38,337 nt of DNA from an uncultured Candidatus Poseidoniales archaeon (lineage in GTDB: Archaea; Thermoplasmatota; Poseidoniia; Poseidoniales; Poseidoniaceae): contig CAXHCG010000001.1 of assembly GCA_964014905.1 (NCBI GenBank), forward strand, positions 1-38,337, read 5' to 3'. A program made the position numbers and the translations under genes. Below, piece by piece: positions 8,201 to 15,581 of this stretch. The number at the start of each line of letters is the position of its first letter. Within the stretch, counting starts at the first letter, position 1. The notes under the pieces were generated by a model. The model had not been told where the DNA came from and did no database searches. It saw only the letters and a list, made by a program, of their open reading frames with translations.

Positions 8201-9594
8201 TGTGTTGCGGGGTTGCCGTCCGGATTTCCTTGATTTGGGACCAACAAGTGGGCGTCGGCATCAAGATCGTAGTCGAGAATGGACGCGTTCGTCAACGTGA
8301 GAATGGTGTTGTGGTCGTCGCCGTCCCAGCCGAGGAGGCCGTTGTTTTCGATGGAACGGTGGCCTGTGGGACGAGGTGCAAGAATGTCAAGATCTTGATC
8401 GCCATCAAAATCACCAACGATGGACCCTTGATTGACACCTGAAACGGTGCCGGTGCTCACGACAATGGCGTTGTTGGAGGTATCCCAGTACACCGGATTG
8501 GCGGTTCCAGAGAATTGCGTCGCCATCACATAGGGATTGTTCTGCGGCCCTGCAAAGTGAGCAAAGAGCATGTGCGTTAGTGTCACGCTGTTACTTGAAC
8601 CGGATGCGAAGACGGTGACGCTGTCCCGGTTTGTGAAGGCGTTGGTTCGGTTGCTGAATTGGTCCACCGACACTTTCCCACCGCTCTGAATGGACACCAT
8701 CTCATCCAAGCCATTGCCGGTAAAGTCTCCGAAGGCGAGATCGATGATGCTCGATGCGTGCGTCACGTTGATTTGCGGCTCAAATCCACCCGAGGAGGTG
8801 TTCGTAAAGTGGATGCACAATTGGTCAGCGGCGGGAGCATAGCCGATGACGTCGTCATGGTCGTCGCCGTTTAGGTCGGCCATCATGATTCGAGTGGCGT
8901 TCGTGCAGGTGGTTTGCCAGGGAGACACGCTGATGCCCGTCGTGTTTGAATATGCAGCGATTCGGAAGGCCGAGACTTGGCTGACGGAAGGCCCAGTTGG
9001 CGTGGTCACGGATACGTTGACCGTGCGAGAGAGAAGCGCGAATTCAGTGTTGCTGTCGTTGTTCAGATCTCCTTTGTCGACGGCATGAATGTACCCCGTC
9101 TGGAAATAACCTCCGCTCAGATTTGGTGAAAATCCAACATCGAGTGCCATGCTGGATATCGCAGCGCCAGTGGGGATGTAGAACGGCGGAGAATCCGGAT
9201 TTGACACGGTTCCTTGGTTTGGGTCAATGGACATCGTTTCGCTCATGTTGCCCGAACTGAACACGGTTTGGTGGCCAAAATCGCCGTACCCTGTGTCGTT
9301 GAACGCCCACTCAGGGAAGCCGTCTTGGTTGACGTCCAGTTCCAAGGCGCCAGGAGAGGGGCCGGAGATGGTGGGTTTGATGAAAAAGGAAGCCGACGTT
9401 ACGGTCGTGTTTCGGTCAAGTTCAAAGCCAATCGAAGAGGGTTGGCCGGTGGTGTTGACGGTGACGGTCTCGGTTGCATTTCCAGTTGAAAACGTTGAGA
9501 TTGTCCCTCCTTGGGCTTGAGCGAACATGACGGACCAGGCTGGAGCAACAAACAACATCACGAAGAGAAAACCGAGGAAGTGACGGCGGATCAT
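5236..9594 (-). CDS. giant surface protein A (1,452 aa). Architecture: signal peptide, FG-GAP/VCBS-type repeats (putative beta-propeller), FN3/Ig-like modules, one TM helix, and a long acidic Trp-rich cytoplasmic tail.
   Basis: Uninterrupted 4.36 kb ORF starting at ATG with GAGG 8 nt upstream.
- Signal peptide: MIRRHFLGFLFVMLFVAPAWSVMFAQAQG.
- Repeated Ca-binding-like loops: DLNGDDHDDVIGY, GDFTGNGLDEMVS, GDFDGDQDLDILA, GDMDGDGSIEQLM and DIDRDGMVDVGA.
- FN3-like segment: VVIQWQPITAFGDDLLDFIVYRS...WTYWVQSIHQFG.
- TM helix: MTPVLVGIGLVLAIGAAIGGVLYM (5680..5751).
- More than 30 N-x-S/T sequons by eye. Confidence 0.88.
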   Translation of the reverse strand: MIRRHFLGFLFVMLFVAPAWSVMFAQAQGGTISTFSTGNATETVTVNTTGQPSSIGFELDRNTTVTSASFFIKPTISGPSPGALELDVNQDGFPEWAFNDTGYGDFGHQTVFSSGNMSETMSIDPNQGTVSNPDSPPFYIPTGAAISSMALDVGFSPNLSGGYFQTGYIHAVDKGDLNNDSNTEFALLSRTVNVSVTTPTGPSVSQVSAFRIAAYSNTTGISVSPWQTTCTNATRIMMADLNGDDHDDVIGYAPAADQLCIHFTNTSSGGFEPQINVTHASSIIDLAFGDFTGNGLDEMVSIQSGGKVSVDQFSNRTNAFTNRDSVTVFASGSSNSVTLTHMLFAHFAGPQNNPYVMATQFSGTANPVYWDTSNNAIVVSTGTVSGVNQGSIVGDFDGDQDLDILAPRPTGHRSIENNGLLGWDGDDHNTILTLTNASILDYDLDADAHLLVPNQGNPDGNPATQTGNVSAYAFSSGWGYDNRVSSQTTAVFDPWTSPRAVHFGDMDGDGSIEQLMLVGEGNQHGVFISAYHRVGYDIDRDGMVDVGAEGYAGNGSNGLSMLMIEDTTSELTNTLNVLSPGLPYTSDGYGIQMAGVNLSMHSITEGTFTLSGLEVHYTADFLVNANPSVSANLSNVLNQQMTAGSGKLLIPFNFNSTINGTFVIYNPNLGFIDGAPNIALPPTPDLRFVDVESDRVVIQWQPITAFGDDLLDFIVYRSPAGQSVDLQNPLTSTVANNTIDVNVQPGQSWTYWVQSIHQFGVTSNLSSPLTTTVPYPLPKSFIPNLTAVDVPGDEGGALNISWSLGDESIVEHRLFVLPNNFSDVASQTTTLTTNATTTSLVIHEDSTGHPLVDGSAYYVAAIGLDVYGNASTNVTAVGPVYSRNDSSLSTTLDVSFTDFTGGELDGTVLLARTKGLEVAAHLHQNGSGIANGALTLTIAGTDETYAIEMTTNITGHATLSIDALSSLGPIDAVGPMTLNMAYAGNQGDATNQPLEGASSTASAFGTVLVSITPDEPIPVQQDGFFETIIAVDAEDSVQALYLANMGVMWEAFDPNGVQTSNGSADVRGNELLVSGNAVYDGHLMIALSNDPPAFYIPGFTNSFALQSPPVVDDGTNDTEETNDTTEPTFPAVTLPATVDCGTATYAWLDNGTDEAISCTITNPNSFDVLAGFSWKVIPATPPPITFESSSLSGPALIISAQGSTEVDFQPVRNGPSDGLFPGLQGVGYVVSITCSEQGGANQCDSMVTPAASTEGELQWTLGEMPVQTVDDTPIEDDASNAMTPVLVGIGLVLAIGAAIGGVLYMRGRDDLDFVDDDDDDEDYFEQALSAPEQTGRPTSVDLTASKSLDELKGSGKSLHTDAPEGLATSPSVGSQADAFEFGATAEDAAGEAADESETWDAEAAEEEAWEEEAVAEDDGITVDENGTEWWEDEEGIWWYREEGWEDWAAWED

Positions 9595-9663
9595 GGGAAG
9601 GCCTCATTCCCGTGTGTTTCACGCCCTGTTAAGTTGGTTTCGCTTCGGCGAACCCCCCCAATT

Positions 9664-9700
9664 CTGCGTAAAAAATGTATTTTTTTTCTCAACATAAGGT
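9664..9700. promoter_or_regulatory. AT-rich divergent intergenic element, with candidate TATA/BRE-type promoter sequences for gene A (minus strand) and the 9742 gene (plus strand)
   Basis: The sequence cgtaaaaaatgtattttttttctcaacataagg is the only strongly AT-rich stretch in the 147-nt divergent spacer. It contains a near-palindrome, AAAAAATGTATTTTTT. Confidence 0.25.
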
Positions 9701-9741
9701 TATGAAGGAACAGAATCCGTTCTATGGTGAGGGTGTGAAGA

Positions 9742-10230
9742 TTGAAACTCACGATTCAGGCTGGCGACGTCGAGATTGACTTGGGTGGCGCTGCAATTCA
9801 GATTGACGAACAGATGATACATACCAAGGCAGAACACACATGGACTGTTTTGCTTGAACGCATCAGAGAAGCGCGAGAAGCCGCTATGGAAGCGGCCGTT
9901 GTCGCTGCACGGGACGCTGGTCTGCCAGAGCGCGGCTCCGCTTTCAGGGCCCTGCTGGAGAACTGCGCGCTGAACCGGAAGCCGGATCAAGTGCTCGGAG
10001 CCATTCACTACCTACGCAACGTGGAGGGCATCAGTGACAGCCCACCTCGCGTGGTCAACGAGCTGTTCACAGATTCTGGGATTGAACCACCCGGCAACCT
10101 TTCCCTCTACCTCAACCGGCTGAAAGAGCGAAACTTCCTCATCGTCCCAAACGGTAAGGACGACAAAAACCGATTCGCAATCCTTACACCCGAAGGCCAA
10201 GCACACCTCGACAAGCGCTCCAACGCTTGA
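9742..10230 (+). CDS. hypothetical protein with a probable C-terminal winged-helix DNA-binding domain
   Basis: 162 aa ORF. The TTG start at 9742 is preceded by GGTGAGGGTG, which is SD-like. An alternative ATG lies at 9814. The C-terminal segment LSLYLNRLKERNFLIVPNGKDDKNRFAILTPEGQAHL resembles a MarR/PadR-type wing. This assignment is weak. Confidence 0.45.
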   Translation: MKLTIQAGDVEIDLGGAAIQIDEQMIHTKAEHTWTVLLERIREAREAAMEAAVVAARDAGLPERGSAFRALLENCALNRKPDQVLGAIHYLRNVEGISDSPPRVVNELFTDSGIEPPGNLSLYLNRLKERNFLIVPNGKDDKNRFAILTPEGQAHLDKRSNA

Positions 10231-10239
10231 GGTGAATGC

Positions 10240-10683
10240 ATGGTGATGTCGGGTGGTGGACAAGGCGACCCGAGGGACGACGAAACAACGGCCGAACAGG
10301 CCGTTGTCGTTGATTATTCCTTCCAAAATCACAGCGACCAAATCTTACGAAAAGGTCGGCACGCCGGCTCCAACTTCCGAAGGACGATTTTTGACCGTGC
10401 AGATTTGACCGAGGGTGACTTCACAGATTGCAACTTCAGGCGCGCCTCCATGGTCGAGGCGGACTTGATGAAATCGGCCTTCGATAACTCGGATTTTCGA
10501 GGCGCTGACCTGCGGAAAGCCCGGTTGAACCTCTCCAACTTCCGAAACTGTCAGTTCAAGGGAGCCGATTTGCGTGGCATCAGAGGGAAATACGCCATCT
10601 GGCAGGGAAGCGACTGGTGGAACGCCACCATGGACGACGACTTGAGAAAGGCGCTTGGAAAGAAATGGCCCAAACCAGAATGA
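10240..10683 (+). CDS. pentapeptide-repeat protein
   Basis: ATG start with GAGGTGA 5 nt upstream. Consecutive A(D/N)LxX-type pentads are present: FDRADLTEGDFTDCNFRRASMVEADLMKSAFDNSDFRGADLRKARLNLSNFRNCQFKGADLRGI. Confidence 0.85.
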   Translation: MVMSGGGQGDPRDDETTAEQAVVVDYSFQNHSDQILRKGRHAGSNFRRTIFDRADLTEGDFTDCNFRRASMVEADLMKSAFDNSDFRGADLRKARLNLSNFRNCQFKGADLRGIRGKYAIWQGSDWWNATMDDDLRKALGKKWPKPE

Positions 10684-10687
10684 GGGC

Positions 10688-11263
10688 TCATTCCTCTTCG
10701 TGGACGATGGCCACCCTCGGGTGCAGTGCAAGACGCGCCCTGGCGTTCAGCAGTGGAAGGGCAGCGACCGCTAAACAGAGGCCCATCGTCGTCCCGCACA
10801 AGTAAACCCAGATTTCGTAGGTTAATTTCATCGCGTCTCCAAGGTAAGTTTGAGCGGCGCTGTTGATGGTCATGCTGCCCACCACGCCACCGACAAGACC
10901 AATCAGGGCACCAACGGTACAAAGGTGGGCCCCTCTGCGCTGCAATCGGTACAGCATCGGTGCGCCGACAAGCAAACAAACAGAAGCAAGCATCAATGAA
11001 ACACCTCGCAAAAGATACCCGCTGTTCTCCCGGACATCAGCCTCAAAATCGCGGTACTGTTCAACGGTGGTCGGCTCGCCGGGTTGGCTGTTGGGAGTGG
11101 CCAGGAACGTTTCGATCTGTTCATCGCTCAAACCGTCGTTATGAAGTTGCCAATCTTGCCAACCCATGCCGGCAACGATGAGTGAACTGAACAGGAGCAG
11201 GATGGCCAAATTCTTCGGGCCCTTCTCATCGGGACGGATTTCTAAATCGGACGCTTGAATCAT
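10688..11263 (-). CDS. hypothetical integral membrane protein (about 4 TM segments)
   Basis: 191 aa ORF with hydrophobic stretches NLAILLLFSSLIVAGMGW, GVSLMLASVCLLVGAPMLY, LCTVGALIGLVGGVVGSM and IWVYLCGTTMGLCLAVAALPLL. Its start overlaps the upstream thioesterase stop by 4 nt (ATGA), which suggests an operon. Confidence 0.6.
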   Translation of the reverse strand: MIQASDLEIRPDEKGPKNLAILLLFSSLIVAGMGWQDWQLHNDGLSDEQIETFLATPNSQPGEPTTVEQYRDFEADVRENSGYLLRGVSLMLASVCLLVGAPMLYRLQRRGAHLCTVGALIGLVGGVVGSMTINSAAQTYLGDAMKLTYEIWVYLCGTTMGLCLAVAALPLLNARARLALHPRVAIVHEEE

Positions 11264-11685
11264 GCTTCTCCCTCCGCTTCCAAGTGCAGCTTCATGCCAT
11301 CACGAAGATCGTCAGGGATGGGTGTGGGCTCCATGGTGTCCATGTTGACGCACACGGTTGTTTGCGTCGATGACCACACGAGGTGTTCTTCCTGATTGTA
11401 GAAACGGTACCGCCACCCCAGAGAGGTCGTCCCGATACGGGTGAACGTGATGTGGGCGGTGATGGTGTCGCCGTACCGCAAAGGACGGTGAAAAGCGGAT
11501 TCCACGTTCACCACCGGGAAACCAAGGCGGCGTTCGTTGATCATGTGCGGGTATGACTGGCCGCATATGTCGGTCCAAACCGACTCAAAAAACCGGTGAG
11601 CGAGGTCAAAGATCCTCGGATAGTACGCAATGTTGGCTAAATCGACCATGGAGAATTCAACTGAACGCTCAGCCTTCAAGACCAT
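11260..11685 (-). CDS. acyl-CoA thioesterase, hotdog fold (4HBT/YbgC-like)
   Basis: 141 aa. The sequence VDLANIAYYPRIFDLAHRFFESVW...GFPVVNVESAFHRPLRYGDTITAHITFTRIGTTSLGWRYRF follows the typical 4HBT-family layout. Confidence 0.8.
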   Translation of the reverse strand: MVLKAERSVEFSMVDLANIAYYPRIFDLAHRFFESVWTDICGQSYPHMINERRLGFPVVNVESAFHRPLRYGDTITAHITFTRIGTTSLGWRYRFYNQEEHLVWSSTQTTVCVNMDTMEPTPIPDDLRDGMKLHLEAEGEA

Positions 11686-11779
11686 GTTTGCCCCAAAACA
11701 ACGCCGCCCATGAACCCTTGTGCAGAAGGCGAGAGGAGATACCCTCGCGCTTATATTGGGGTGGCCGGTGGACCGAATT

Positions 11780-11853
11780 GGCCCTATAGTGTAGCTTGGA
11801 TATCACAGAGGCTTGCGGAGCCTCGAACCCGTGTTCGAATCGCGGTGGGGCCG
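11780..11853 (+). tRNA. tRNA-Arg (anticodon GCG)
   Basis: Hand-folded cloverleaf, 74 nt.
- Acceptor stem: GGCCCTA/TGGGGCC.
- D arm: GTG..CAC.
- Anticodon stem GAGGC/GCCTC with loop TTGCGGA.
- T arm: CCGTG-TTCGAAT-CGCGG.
- Discriminator is G, and no CCA is encoded. Confidence 0.85.
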
Positions 11854-11889
11854 CTCAACGACGTTCACCCGCGCCCTGCTCAAGGCAAC

Positions 11890-12891
11890 TCAAGCATAAG
11901 CTCGTTCGAGAACAAGTTCGTCCAATGTTCTGACCGTGACTTGGTGCTCTTCTTCCAGTGGTTCATCGTAAAACGTGTAGATGTTGGCGGGGTCGTAGTC
12001 GTCCTTTGTGAGGCGTCCAGCAAGAATTTTGGCGACCGGTGGGTAATCGCTGGCGACCTTGCGAAGAAGGATTGGGTCGGTGGCCCAGTCGTTGACCTCT
12101 CTGAGCAATGCAGGGCACAGAGCGAGGTGTTCAACGGTTTCAAAGAATCCAGAAATGGCGTAGTGACCCGTGGAATCGCGCTCATGGTCGTCAAACAGAA
12201 GGTTCCACCAGGTTTGCCGTGGTTTTTGATATTCAATTTTGAAGCCTTTTGCCAACGGTTGGCCGAAGTGCAGACGCCATTTCCAACCGTTCGTCCCGCA
12301 GAACGTGAAGTGGTCGTTCTTGAAATCAAACGAACCGTTGATGTTGTCTGCGAAGTAGGTTTCCATGCTTGGAGAGAGGGGTGAACGGGCGAGGCCATAG
12401 ATTTGAAAGAGGGTGCGCCGGAGTGGACTCAGGCTCTCCTGGAGCCACGTCACCTCGTCGTTGAGCAACCCAAGTATGTAGCCGGCGAGCAGGTCGTAGG
12501 CGGGCATGTCCTTTTGGGGTTGCACCTGAACACACGCCGTTTTTGGTTCCTTCACAAGCCCATTTTTGGGATGGACTTCAACAACGTCAAATGAGTTGTA
12601 GTCAAACGGGTTTGCAAATTTAGCCATGAAGGCGCCGAGGTCGACGCGGTAAATGCCGAGGCTACCGACGATGAGGAGGTGTCCGTCCTCATCCAACTGC
12701 ATGCGGCCTTCGTTCTGCTCAACGATGTTCATGACGAGATGGCTCGCACGTTCGGTGGCCAGAGCGACGTCAATCATGCGGGAGTACATGCGGCTCCGTC
12801 GAATCTCCTGAACGGTTCCAGATTGAAAGGTCGCATCGTATGGTTTGTCCGAGTCAATTGCTTCAACCATGACCACCATGGTGTTCAACAC
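11890..12891 (-). CDS. hypothetical protein (about 330 aa, Trp/Phe-rich, no family recognised)
   Basis: This is the longest ORF in the interval, and it is co-directional and tightly spaced with the upstream HAD gene (stop at 12901). The ORF-track start at 12891 is GTG. In-frame ATGs lie at 12879 and 12870. It has no TM segments, and I see no catalytic motif I recognise. Confidence 0.6.
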   Translation of the reverse strand: MLNTMVVMVEAIDSDKPYDATFQSGTVQEIRRSRMYSRMIDVALATERASHLVMNIVEQNEGRMQLDEDGHLLIVGSLGIYRVDLGAFMAKFANPFDYNSFDVVEVHPKNGLVKEPKTACVQVQPQKDMPAYDLLAGYILGLLNDEVTWLQESLSPLRRTLFQIYGLARSPLSPSMETYFADNINGSFDFKNDHFTFCGTNGWKWRLHFGQPLAKGFKIEYQKPRQTWWNLLFDDHERDSTGHYAISGFFETVEHLALCPALLREVNDWATDPILLRKVASDYPPVAKILAGRLTKDDYDPANIYTFYDEPLEEEHQVTVRTLDELVLERAYA

Positions 12892-12900
12892 TACATAAAC

Positions 12901-13566
12901 TCATGAAGGCCAGTCCACGATGTCCCATCCTTTGCTTTGCGCATGGCGCCGGAGCGAACCTTCGGGACTCACGGCAACTGGATGGCCGCAGTGTTCCATG
13001 AACCACGAGTCGGCCAACGTGTTTCCGTAGGCGTAGCATTGTGAGAGATCGTGCCCGTGGGCTTCAGCATCGGCCAGAACCACAGGAACCTTGCCTTTGC
13101 GGCGAGGGACGCTCCATCCTCGCTCTGAACCGGACAAGACGCCGGTGCGAACAGCAGGGCCGCACCCATACACTTCATCCATGCCAAGGACCTTGGACAT
13201 GGCCTCAGCCATCGGAGCAACCGTAGCGGTCACCAACACCAAGCGATGGCCTTGTTCCCGATGCCACGCCAATCGTTCCCAGGCCTGTTGAGGGACGCAC
13301 GGCTTGAGGCGGTGTTCGGCGAGCTGGTTGGAATAAGCCTCGAGCACGTCCCAAGAAGCCAATGAAAAATGCCCCCGATTACGCGCGGCATCGTACAACG
13401 ACCTTCCACGCAAAAGGTTGGTGAGGAAACCTGCCGTCCAGGCGATTGAACCCCAAGGAATTCGCCAAGGACGGCGGCGTGCCAAATGAGCCGTAAGCGT
13501 CTTTTCACTTGAAGCGTTGAGCAGGGTTCCATCAAGGTCGAAATAAGCAGCGACCGAACCCCCCAT
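12901..13566 (-). CDS. HAD-superfamily hydrolase, subfamily IB (phosphoserine-phosphatase-like)
   Basis: Motif I is AAYFDLDGTLL (DxDxT). Motif II is in LVLVTAT. Motif IV-like is YGNTLADSWFM. There is a helical cap region between motifs I and II. Confidence 0.8.
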   Translation of the reverse strand: MGGSVAAYFDLDGTLLNASSEKTLTAHLARRRPWRIPWGSIAWTAGFLTNLLRGRSLYDAARNRGHFSLASWDVLEAYSNQLAEHRLKPCVPQQAWERLAWHREQGHRLVLVTATVAPMAEAMSKVLGMDEVYGCGPAVRTGVLSGSERGWSVPRRKGKVPVVLADAEAHGHDLSQCYAYGNTLADSWFMEHCGHPVAVSPEGSLRRHAQSKGWDIVDWPS

Positions 13567-13621
13567 GGTCTGCCGACGTCAACGAACCTACATGAGCGAA
13601 CCGCTTCTACAGCGGATGCGG

Positions 13622-13900
13622 TCATGGTTTCTGCCCAGTACCGGTTGAGGGCCCATACACACGCCGGCCAGCACGATGGTCTTGCCACCACGTCAGCGAC
13701 TGGCGAAGGTTTCGCGTGATGAAAAAGCCAACCTTGCGAGGGGTGAGACCGTGATTACGCATTTTTTGGTCGTGATTGAGGCTAGCAACAATGGCTTGAG
13801 CAGAGCAACCCGGATTAGCATAAACAAATTTCCGAACTTCGTTGGCCAGGCGCTCAAAACGTGCCTGTTTTTGACTTCGCTTTCTTGGTGGTTGAGGCAT
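13622..13900 (-). CDS. small basic hypothetical protein (92 aa, possible wHTH)
   Basis: ATG start. It has a Lys/Arg-rich N-terminus (MPQPPRKRSQKQARFERL) and lies co-directionally in a compact gene string. No family was recognised. Confidence 0.45.
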   Translation of the reverse strand: MPQPPRKRSQKQARFERLANEVRKFVYANPGCSAQAIVASLNHDQKMRNHGLTPRKVGFFITRNLRQSLTWWQDHRAGRRVYGPSTGTGQKP

Positions 13901-13946
13901 AAACGGGGAAAACGGCGTGAACCGTTATCAAAGATTCGTTGGGGGT

Positions 13947-14300
13947 TCACTCAAATTTGACCGGCTGGGTCGTTTTCCAGTTGGCCGTTGCAAGTTTCTT
14001 GGCCTTGCCATCGGCGATGATGGGGTGGATGTCCTTGAGCCGTCCATGCATCCCGTGGACCTGAAATTTCACACGGAGTTCAGCCACTCGGTCTCGGTGC
14101 AAGGCTTCATCTTGTTCCTCGTCCAAATCGGCATTGGCCAACACGATGCCTCTGTTGGCGCAGGTGATGGTCAGGGTTGTGCCCGCATAACTTAGCAAGG
14201 GTCTGAAATCCCAATCGTCCGGATGGTTCATCCACACGGAGAGATCCAACGAAACCGTATCTCGAAGCGTAATGCGTCCGACTTCTACCGTATCCACCAT
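13947..14300 (-). CDS. hypothetical protein (117 aa)
   Basis: The ATG at 14300 lies 7 nt downstream of AGGAGTG. The ORF-track start at 14309 is the GTG inside that SD-like element. No family was recognised. Confidence 0.45.
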   Translation of the reverse strand: MVDTVEVGRITLRDTVSLDLSVWMNHPDDWDFRPLLSYAGTTLTITCANRGIVLANADLDEEQDEALHRDRVAELRVKFQVHGMHGRLKDIHPIIADGKAKKLATANWKTTQPVKFE

Positions 14301-14344
14301 CGTAACCACTCCTTTCCAAACAGCTCCGCTTCATACCCCTTTCG

Positions 14345-15535
14345 CTATTGGTTGTTGGTCGTGCCAAGCGCAACTTCAGTGAGTGAAGGGCGCATGACAA
14401 CGACCTCGACCGTCAATGTCCAGTCGTTGCCTGGATCCGGATCGATTTCACCGATGAAGGCATCCGGATCGGATTGCTGAGCAACAACCGTCCAGACCCA
14501 AGGGCCTTGGCCCTTGCCGCTTTCTCTCGAGTTCAACAGCAGTCGAAGCAATTCGTCAGCCGAATCGGAGATGTACATCCCATCCTCGCCACGCACGTTC
14601 ATCCCTTCTTCGGACATTTCTGCTCGTGCGGGTTCGTTGGTTGAATAATTGCCAGGCTCGGTAGCGACCCTTCGGTTGTAATTGTCCTCAACGATGTTGA
14701 GCGCCAGGGTGAAATTATCGTGCGGTGGAGCCACATCTTGGTCGAGTTCCAAAATGGCATTGAACGACATGACGCGCCCGATGTCCCCCGGTGTCGTGTT
14801 GCCGGACCACGATTCGCCCTGCTCGAGGTATTCGTCCCATGATACCTCGTAGGTTTCGGTGATCCACGTCACTTGGAAGGTTCGGGAAGTCACGTTGATT
14901 TCAAACGACTCAACAGCAAAGGCTCCGGCTCCATCATCAACCCTTAGCGATCCATAGATGTAGCCTGAAGTGGAAGTGTCGAGCAGGACCGTGGAGGTGG
15001 TTTCATCCCCATCGTTGCTGGGGTTTCCATCTCCGTCGCTGTCCTCGAGGGCGTTCAGGTCCCACTGGTACGTCAGGTCGTTGCCCTCTGGGTCATAGGA
15101 GGCTGACGCATCAAGAAGAGCGGCGTCTCCAGCCCGAACGGTGGAGGGCATCGAGATGTTCACGCTCGGGGCACCGTTGACAACAATGGTCGCAAGAGCA
15201 TCGTCGGTACCGCCTTGGTCGTTGGTGACGGTGATGCGGACGGTGTATTGGCCGTATGACAGATAACTGTGGGAAGTAAATCCAACCACCGTTTCAGCGG
15301 TTGTTCCGTCGCCAAAGTCCCATGCATAGGCGGTGATGACGCCTTCTACCGGTGAAGAATCACGAGCGTCTAAAGTGACCATTTCACCTTCCTGGATGAG
15401 GGTCGGGTACGCTTCAAGGGTGGCGCGGGGGTCAACCGTGTTGTCAAGAGCACCCATGCATCCGGCAAGAAGGCTGAGCAGCATGACGTGAACGGCCAGC
15501 ATGGCGAAGAATCGCTCCGAACGCATGCTCACCAT
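14345..15535 (-). CDS. secreted PKD-domain protein with a lipobox-like signal peptide
   Basis: I trimmed the start to the ATG at 15535, because the ORF-track extension to 15754 overlaps the upstream gene.
- N-terminus: MVSMRSERFFAMLAVHVMLLSLLAGCMG (LAG|C lipobox-like).
- PKD signature: YAWDFGDGTTAETVVGFTSHSYLSYGQYTVRITVTNDQGGTD.
- Second PKD-like unit: YQWDL...GSLRVDDGAGA. Confidence 0.8.
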   Translation of the reverse strand: MVSMRSERFFAMLAVHVMLLSLLAGCMGALDNTVDPRATLEAYPTLIQEGEMVTLDARDSSPVEGVITAYAWDFGDGTTAETVVGFTSHSYLSYGQYTVRITVTNDQGGTDDALATIVVNGAPSVNISMPSTVRAGDAALLDASASYDPEGNDLTYQWDLNALEDSDGDGNPSNDGDETTSTVLLDTSTSGYIYGSLRVDDGAGAFAVESFEINVTSRTFQVTWITETYEVSWDEYLEQGESWSGNTTPGDIGRVMSFNAILELDQDVAPPHDNFTLALNIVEDNYNRRVATEPGNYSTNEPARAEMSEEGMNVRGEDGMYISDSADELLRLLLNSRESGKGQGPWVWTVVAQQSDPDAFIGEIDPDPGNDWTLTVEVVVMRPSLTEVALGTTNNQ

Positions 15536-15581
15536 GAGCCTCAGGTTTACCTCTCCCTTTCTAATGGTTCGGCTTAATGAA

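Noticed and set aside
11710-12384. 224-aa plus-strand ORF and 172-aa minus-strand ORF (11880..12398) overlapping tRNA-Arg and the 333-aa gene.
   Set aside because: The plus-strand ORF runs straight through the tRNA gene and is antisense to the longer 11890..12891 ORF. The 172-aa ORF is an alternative frame with Thr/Ser/Pro bias.
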